DNA of 20,000 nucleotides, from IMG/VR virus record IMGVR_UViG_3300031758_009617, one strand, 5' to 3'. Source of the stretch: an uncultured virus (IMG/VR IMGVR_UViG_3300031758_009617). Its lineage: Duplodnaviria > Heunggongvirae > Uroviricota > Caudoviricetes. Within the stretch, counting starts at the first letter, position 1; each line of letters opens with the position of its first letter. The position numbers were made by a program, and so were the translations under genes. Positions 7,579-14,100 of this stretch are shown piece after piece. The notes under the pieces are model-generated. The model saw only the letters and a program-made list of their open reading frames with translations. It searched no databases and was not told the origin of the DNA.

Positions 7579-8525
7579 AGTAAACAACTCGTTTTAGCGG
7601 TTTCAAGAATTTCTTGTACATACTTATATGTACACATCTTTTCGTTATAATTTTCAAGAGTAATATTATTATACGGTAATTTTCCGTCAACATACTTACC
7701 CTTAAAAAAAGTTCTGTCCTTATCTGCTGTTTCTCCTGTAACTCCCGCATTATGCATGATAGTACATTTCTCCCAAAAGTCAAGACCGTGCATAGGCCAT
7801 GTGAACTCTAATTCGTCCACCACTTTGGTATCATGTCCAAAATACCAACCATTCCATAAAACTGCCCACATATCAGCAGTCCATTTTTGTATGGGGTGAT
7901 ATTTATCGGTTTGAGGAAATGCTTTCAGATGGTCAAGAAAAAATTGATACAATTTTTCAGAATCCTCATACACCTTTTTCCAAAAAGCAGCATCAATGTT
8001 TTTCATGAGATATTGAGCACCTCCACTGTGCATCTCATATTGTACCGGAACATCTTCACTTATACCTACAATTTCACACATGCGTTCGTACACACCACAT
8101 TTTTTGCTTTTAATATATTCTGCTCCAATGTAATAGCGCGTGTCACTTAAATACCAAACATCGTCATGCACTAAATGGTCCCATTGTGGGGGCTTCGTGA
8201 GAATGATATCGCAATCATGATACATAATGGCTTCATCTTTTAAATAAGGATGCTTCTCAAAATGTTTTTGTAGAATGTGTGGACGAATTGAAGAAATATA
8301 TACCGAATTTTCTCTGTCATCATTATAAAAAAAGAATCGAACCGTGTTATAGTGATTAGCTAATTTAATCCAAGCATCAGGGATATGATTGTTTTTAATG
8401 GAACATACAATATCTATATTGTTTGGATTTAAACCATTTTTTAAAAAATTGTGTATCATAACCTCAACCTGCCATGTGTAATAATCAATGGCAGGTTGGG
8501 CTGATATATAACGTAAGTTTTTCAT
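7575..8525 (-). CDS. GT-A glycosyltransferase resembling plant peptidyl-Ser galactosyl-/Hyp arabinosyl-transferases (GT96/GT95-like)
   Basis: Motif order YYTWQVEVMIHNF, Y.SSIRPHIL, YHDCDIIL (DxD), GGAQY, WTADMWA recalls the Y.DWQ / Y..NRP / D.D / W..EMY motif order of SGT1/HPAT. Recognised from memory, not searched. Confidence 0.6.
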   Translation of the reverse strand: MKNLRYISAQPAIDYYTWQVEVMIHNFLKNGLNPNNIDIVCSIKNNHIPDAWIKLANHYNTVRFFFYNDDRENSVYISSIRPHILQKHFEKHPYLKDEAIMYHDCDIILTKPPQWDHLVHDDVWYLSDTRYYIGAEYIKSKKCGVYERMCEIVGISEDVPVQYEMHSGGAQYLMKNIDAAFWKKVYEDSEKLYQFFLDHLKAFPQTDKYHPIQKWTADMWAVLWNGWYFGHDTKVVDELEFTWPMHGLDFWEKCTIMHNAGVTGETADKDRTFFKGKYVDGKLPYNNITLENYNEKMCTYKYVQEILETAKTSCLL

Positions 8526-8554
8526 AAAGTAAATATCACCTTGTTGTTAATGAT

Positions 8555-10000
8555 TTAGCAGATACATGCACCACCTGAACAACAGCCAGGATCACAGTTT
8601 TGTACCAAATATCCATATGTGATTGTGCAATCGTCATTTTGAAGGTCACATACAGCAGCGTCACCTATACATGTTGATGTGCCAGGTAAACAACCCACGA
8701 CACATGTTGTCGTTGTTGTTGTTGCTGCTGCTGTTGTAGTTGTTGTTGCTGCTGCTGTTGTAGTTGTTGTGGGAGCTGCTGTTGTAGTTGTTGTGGGAGC
8801 TGCAGTTGTTGTCGTTGTTCCGCCTGGGCACGATGTTGGGCCTGTCAAGTTACCTGCGCCTGTTACTTGATAGTATACCCCACCTCCATCGCCATAATAA
8901 CCGGCGTCTGCAAACGTGCCACATCCCGAGTCAGTATACAACTTGGTTCCACCCACATAATATGTGAATTGTGCTGCGGCTGAACAGGCTCCAGATATAC
9001 TTCCTTGAACACCTGAAAGTCCCAATGTTGAACTATAACAGACTGCTGTTGTAGTAGTTGTGGCTGCTGTTGTAGTAGTTGTGGCTGCTGTTGTAGTTGT
9101 AGTAGTTGTTGCTGGGGGTGAGCCTGAACATTGAGAGTCGTTGGTACATACTCCAAATCCACCTGATGTAGATCCACCTTGTCCGCTTACATCTACAATC
9201 AACGTACCTGGTGCTACACATAAATTAACAAATTGGCCGAAATCCAATGATCCTTGTATATATCCAGCACTACCATAGGGTATATAGTCGAACACATAGG
9301 TTTGTTGATTGTTGAATGGTGAAGTGTTGTATACGGTCCAACAATCACCGAGCGCCGCTGTGGTTGTTGATGTAGTTGATGTTGTTGATGTAGATGTTGT
9401 AGATGTTGTAGATGTTGTAGATGTTGTAGATGTAGATGTCGTCGTTGTTGGTGGTTCTGTTGTTGATGTCGTCGTTGTTGGTGGTTCTGTTGTAGATGTT
9501 GTAGATGTTGTTGATGTCGTCGTTGTTGGTGGTTCTGTTGTAGATGTTGTAGATGTTGTAGATGTTGTTGATGTCGTCGTTGTTGGTGGTTCTGTTGTTG
9601 ATGTCGTCGTTGTTGTTGATGTGGATGTTGTAGTTGTTGGTGCCGCGGTAGTTGTTGATGTGGATGTTGTAGTTGTTGGTGCCGCGGTAGTTGTTGATGT
9701 GGATGTTGTAGTTGTTGGTGCCGCGGTAGTTGTTGATGTGGATGTTGTAGTTGTTGGTGCCGCGGTAGTTGTAGTAGTAAAATTATGATTATAGGCAAAA
9801 AACTCACTGATAGCATGAGGTGTTGAACCGTCAGGATAATTACCTACCGCACCCGAAGTGTTAGCAGGCACCTTAGGAGAAGGATCCAATGTGTTAACAT
9901 TGTTTGTAGACAATGACTGAAGGGATAGTTCACTTGACGGCAATCCCTTTTCGTCGCCTACATCTTTAATTGAAATTTGCCCGCTGGATACGATGGCCAT
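8555..10000 (-). CDS. Mucin-like Thr/Ser/Pro-rich, Cys-rich putative fibre-tip protein
   Basis: About 74-aa N-terminal domain (MAIVSSGQISI...PDGSTPHAISEFFAYNH), a ~140-aa PTS tract, then three Cys-containing domains (4, 4 and 10 Cys) separated by poly-Thr linkers. RBS AGGAG. Follows the S74 tail fibre gene. Confidence 0.85.
   Translation of the reverse strand: MAIVSSGQISIKDVGDEKGLPSSELSLQSLSTNNVNTLDPSPKVPANTSGAVGNYPDGSTPHAISEFFAYNHNFTTTTTAAPTTTTSTSTTTAAPTTTTSTSTTTAAPTTTTSTSTTTAAPTTTTSTSTTTTTSTTEPPTTTTSTTSTTSTTSTTEPPTTTTSTTSTTSTTEPPTTTTSTTEPPTTTTSTSTTSTTSTTSTTSTSTTSTTSTTTAALGDCWTVYNTSPFNNQQTYVFDYIPYGSAGYIQGSLDFGQFVNLCVAPGTLIVDVSGQGGSTSGGFGVCTNDSQCSGSPPATTTTTTTAATTTTTAATTTTTAVCYSSTLGLSGVQGSISGACSAAAQFTYYVGGTKLYTDSGCGTFADAGYYGDGGGVYYQVTGAGNLTGPTSCPGGTTTTTAAPTTTTTAAPTTTTTAAATTTTTAAATTTTTTCVVGCLPGTSTCIGDAAVCDLQNDDCTITYGYLVQNCDPGCCSGGACIC
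8710..8818 (-). repeat. 24-bp coding repeats (AA[P/A]TTTTT), about 4 copies
   Basis: gctgctgttgtagttgttgt recurs at 24-bp spacing. Confidence 0.8.
9362..9610 (-). repeat. Compound coding repeat: 4x TTEPPTTTTS units interleaved with 9-bp TTS units
   Basis: gatgtcgtcgttgttggtggttctgttgt occurs 4 times, together with runs of gatgttgta. Confidence 0.85.
9612..9767 (-). repeat. Four perfect 39-bp tandem repeats (TAAPTTTTSTSTT)
   Basis: gttgttgatgtggatgttgtagttgttggtgccgcggta is identical at 9612, 9651, 9690 and 9729. Confidence 0.95.
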
Positions 10001-10021
10001 TGTCTATGTTCTCCTGTGTTA

Positions 10022-10972
10022 TTACTTAGTGCAGTTGCACTTACTTAACTTATCATCCAATTCCTTAATGGCTTCAATCAACAACCCAATCATCTTTTCA
10101 TACTTCACAGCCATGTGACCACTTTCACGGGTTGTTACAACTTCAGGTAGTACACCGGCAACGTCTTGTGCAATAACACCTGTATCTGCCCCATGTAATC
10201 CTAATGCATTAGCTTCTTCATTCCAAGTATATGTGACACCGCGAAGTGCCTTCACCTTTGTGAGAGCATCAGAAATAACTGCAACATCTGTCTTTAATCC
10301 TGCATCTGAGGATGAGAAGGCAATGATGTCACCTGATGCCTTGATTTGTCCTGTGGCAGCACCTGTTGCTGAGCCCACATTGATACTTCCAAATGTCACG
10401 TTACTTGCTGTTCCTACGGCTTGACCAATGGCAACAGTGGGTGTGGCACTCTCACCACTATTATTTGTTAATGTAACACCTGTGCCTGCCACTAATGATG
10501 CGACATAATCACCTGTAGTATCGGTGCCTAAAGCAACTGAGTTGGCGGCAATTGTTAACGCTACGTTTGATACGTTTGCAGAACCATCAATGGTGAAGTT
10601 ACCTGTTACATCGCCTGTGGCGAATGTCACGGTGCGACCAGTTGTCCAACCTGCCGATGTGCCTGTGATGTTACTATCAGTGAAGGCGACAGTTTTGCGT
10701 GTTGAACTTGGGGTGAAAAACAAGTTCGTGCCGTTAAATTCGACGGCACCTGCTTGTGGAGTTGTTAAGTTTGTGCCAGACACAAGTTTTACAGGAGCAA
10801 TGGTTGTTGTTCCTGTTACAAGAACTAAAGTTCCCGTCATTGTGCCGCCTGATTTTTCCAATTTGGCAACATCTAAACTGTTGAAGTTGGCGTCAACTTC
10901 TGCATTAGTAAGTGGGGCACCTTTGTTTGTTCCTGCTGCTGGGGCTGTTTGGCGAAGCGTTAAAGTAGCCAT
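10022..10972 (-). CDS. Tail fibre with C-terminal intramolecular chaperone (Peptidase_S74)
   Basis: GDIIAFSSSDAGLKTDV..I.DAL.KV..LRGVTYTW...GVIAQDV..VLPEVV...V.YEKMIGLLIEAIKEL is a classic S74/ICA domain. The SDxRLK motif appears as SDAGLK. Confidence 0.9.
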   Translation of the reverse strand: MATLTLRQTAPAAGTNKGAPLTNAEVDANFNSLDVAKLEKSGGTMTGTLVLVTGTTTIAPVKLVSGTNLTTPQAGAVEFNGTNLFFTPSSTRKTVAFTDSNITGTSAGWTTGRTVTFATGDVTGNFTIDGSANVSNVALTIAANSVALGTDTTGDYVASLVAGTGVTLTNNSGESATPTVAIGQAVGTASNVTFGSINVGSATGAATGQIKASGDIIAFSSSDAGLKTDVAVISDALTKVKALRGVTYTWNEEANALGLHGADTGVIAQDVAGVLPEVVTTRESGHMAVKYEKMIGLLIEAIKELDDKLSKCNCTK

Positions 10973-10975
10973 AAG

Positions 10976-11167
10976 TTATCCTCTGTTGATTATTGATTGT
11001 AATAATTGTTTTATTTCTAATAAGTCGTTTTTGACTTCAGTAATTTCTTCTTGAAGCTCGGATATCTTCTGCACTTGACGCTTTTCTTGACGCCGAGCAA
11101 AAATAACTGTTGTGTCAGTATTTATAAGTGCCTTGGAATGCTTATCACGTACAAATGGCGTTTCCAT
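10976..11167 (-). CDS. Conserved small coiled-coil protein of T4-like phages
   Basis: FVRD..SKALINTD...EI.E.K.LL pattern, TAATG-coupled to the DUF4815-like gene. Confidence 0.75.
   Translation of the reverse strand: METPFVRDKHSKALINTDTTVIFARRQEKRQVQKISELQEEITEVKNDLLEIKQLLQSIINRG
11119..11126 (-). promoter_or_regulatory. Candidate T4-type late promoter TATAAATA inside a coding region
   Basis: Perfect motif about 146 nt upstream of the tail-fibre ATG. It coincides with the conserved LINT codons, so it could be incidental. Confidence 0.45.
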
Positions 11168-14100
11168 TAAATCACCGCTACTGCTCTGAGATTCTTAATG
11201 AGAGGAGTTTTACTCTTATCAGTGGAGTTCATTGTAATTTTCACAGCAAACTTGGCAAATGATGAAGGAGCTGACACACTGTAACTATATTCCTGATAGA
11301 TGTTACCATTATATACAACAGGAGCCTGTTCATTCAACGTTACCCAATCAACATCAGCAAACGGTCTATCATCTTCTACATTCTGCATCTTGGCTTCTAC
11401 AATTACAGAACATTGTTCAGGACGAATCATATCGAAGAATACACGCAAGTCATCGGCGCCGTCACCATCCAATGTTACAGTTCGTGTGACATACACGGCA
11501 TCTGAAGAACCAGATGCGGCAATGTCATTCGCCAATGTTAGAACAGAAATTTTTCGTGTGTCTAACACAGGTGTTAACAATGAATTATTGGTTGATAATT
11601 CCGCCTTTATCTTCAATGTAGGAATGTTTCCTGTTGTGTTTGAATGAGAATAAATTGTGAATTCTTTAGGCAACTCAACAGTATCATTATTGTTCACAGT
11701 AATATATGCGCCTAACCCGGGATAATATGTACTTGATGTATCAAGTAGTGTGTATGATAATTTCACTTGTGTTGAGGGATTTAAACTCAAGATACCTAAG
11801 TTAGGTGAAAGTGCTGTAGCTTGCTTGTTATCAATACTATCAAAGGTGAATGTAGACGCACCACGTGTGAATGTATCGTTTGTTGCCAAACTACCTGAGG
11901 TTATGAATATTTCAGCCGTTGTGCCATACACCTTCGTGACATAACCTGTAGCTGTTGTATCATCCTTATAGAAGGTTAATCCTGTTCCTGTGATATTCAC
12001 TGCATCATTTTCAAGAACTAAACTTGTATCAGAGATGATGTCTTTTACTGTACCTAACAAAGCGCGTGCTCGATAATTCAATGTAGTACCTGACCCTGAG
12101 GCTTCAAGTGTTAATGCTGTGTCAGATTGAATTGATGCCACCTTTCCAATAACAGTGATGTTATCATCTTGATATAGAATGTCACCCACACGTAGGTCTG
12201 AGGTGAATGTTGTGGCTGAACCAGTGACAGCAGTACCTGTTATACTGATAGTACCTGTAAAATTGGTTGTTGTCGAAGGTGCAAATACACGAAGTTGGTC
12301 ACCCACTGATAGGTCGGTGAAGTCTGTACTTGAACCCGCAATGGTATCATTTTCTGATACTTGAATTGTTCCGGGCAATACTGTTTGTGTGTCATCAAAT
12401 ACTTGAACAACATCACCTGGTTTCAAAACATACGTACCTGTTTGTGAAATGGTGACGTAATCAATGGGCTTAGATTCAAGAATGACGGTACGTGTTGTTT
12501 CAAAACTTCTAGAATACATTTTGAATTTCAAATCTTCAGATTCTAATGCTGTCCAGATGGTGTTATTATTAGGAATGAACAATACACCAACATAAGGTTG
12601 TTGTGTGATACGTTCGTTAGTGCCTATTAAATTTTCACCCAATTCAGAAACCCACACTTCATATTCAGTCGTGTTGTTTTCAGGCAATAACATAAGAGCA
12701 TATTCTGTGTTGTTCTTTAGATATACCGGAGATTCAAATGTAAATGTGGTTGCTGTATTTGCAGTACCTGAGACGGAAATTTCTGACGCATTTAATGTCT
12801 TGGTACTGAACGGTACAATTTTATTGCCCGGGAATCCATTAATGACTTCACGGATTTGAATGGTGAACTTCTTGGTTGATGACTTTCTCTTGAAGAACAA
12901 TTCAACCTTATTCAAGAACACACCATCGGGATGTCCTTCAATGATGAAGGTCTGTGCCATGGGATCGCCAAATGATGCGGGATTGAATGTTGATGGATTA
13001 GACAACAACAAACGACTCACAACATTGTTTTGTGTTTCAGAAAGAGCATCTTGACGAATTGCTGGGAATCGTGTTGATGAAATTGAACCATCATCAATAT
13101 TAGGGACACCTGATGATTGTAATTGTGCAGCCGCTGATGTTGTTTCTGAAGCATCTGTTAATTTAAACACCTTATTTCCCACGCGGAATGTATTCGCAGG
13201 GATTAAGAATTGTCCCACTAAGGTACCATCGGTTGCAACAATTAATGGATCACCGTATGCCGAAGCACTTGGTGTATATTGTGATGACAATATGCCTTCT
13301 GACAAATTACGTATTGTATTTACAGTAACACCGGTAGGCAATGTAAAGTAACGGCAATGTGCTGAGACATCTTCGCCGTCAAAATATGCCTGAACAGCCG
13401 TACCGGGTTTCAATCCTGTTGCAGTGAATGTGATGATTTGCTTTTCAATGTATGGGACAACAGAAACGTCTAATACACGAACACCAATATTTCTAAGATT
13501 GTTTTCTGGGAGTTTACCTGATGTAATGATGTTTTTTGTGACATCTGAAATTAATGGTGCCGCTTCACTACCACGAACACCTACCAAACCTGCAACTGTA
13601 GTGACACTCAATACAGGAAGATTGGTTGTTTCAACACCTTGCCATATGGTTTTCCAACTGTTCCAGTGTAACTTGAAGGCGTTTGTATTGAATTCCCATC
13701 CATCATTAACGCCGTTATAATTTACTTGAACATCAGGACGAACTTGTGTATCTACCCATGTGATTTGTGGCGGATCCAAACGTAAATCGCCTGCCATGTA
13801 ATTACCTAGTAACAAATTACCACAGACACGACCCTTTGACGCAAATTTATTTTCTGTGATAGTGGTAAATGTACCTGAATATCCTGTTGTGATGACCTCA
13901 GATTCATCAGAAGGTAAATGAAGTTCAATGTTGTTTAATGCGAAGGGTGCTCGTAATATTTTATTCTTGGTATCAATTGATGCATAGTAATCAGCATCAA
14001 ACACGTTACCAATATCATGTCCATCGAAGGCATCAACAAGAATACCCTTCTTAACCATGGCGTTACCTGAATCGTCTGTAATCAACATATTGGCAGCACG

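Noticed and set aside
7579..7587. TTG start at 7587 for the methyltransferase
   Set aside because: The ATG at 7578 forms an ATGA overlap with the upstream stop, matching the coupling pattern of the rest of the cassette.
5600..8525. Glycosyltransferases as DNA hypermodification enzymes or host contamination
   Set aside because: No nucleotide-modification genes are nearby. The genes are co-oriented with, and embedded in, late virion genes. Not formally excluded, but less parsimonious.
9362..9767. Repeat array as a possible CRISPR array
   Set aside because: The units are directly tandem with no unique spacers, are in-frame inside a CDS, and no cas genes are present.
8863..9816. Gln/His-rich alternate-frame minus-strand ORFs (9214..9816, 8863..9177, 9033..9221)
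   Set aside because: These are the expected by-product of ACA/ACT/TCT codon repeats read out of frame. There is no RBS or other independent support.
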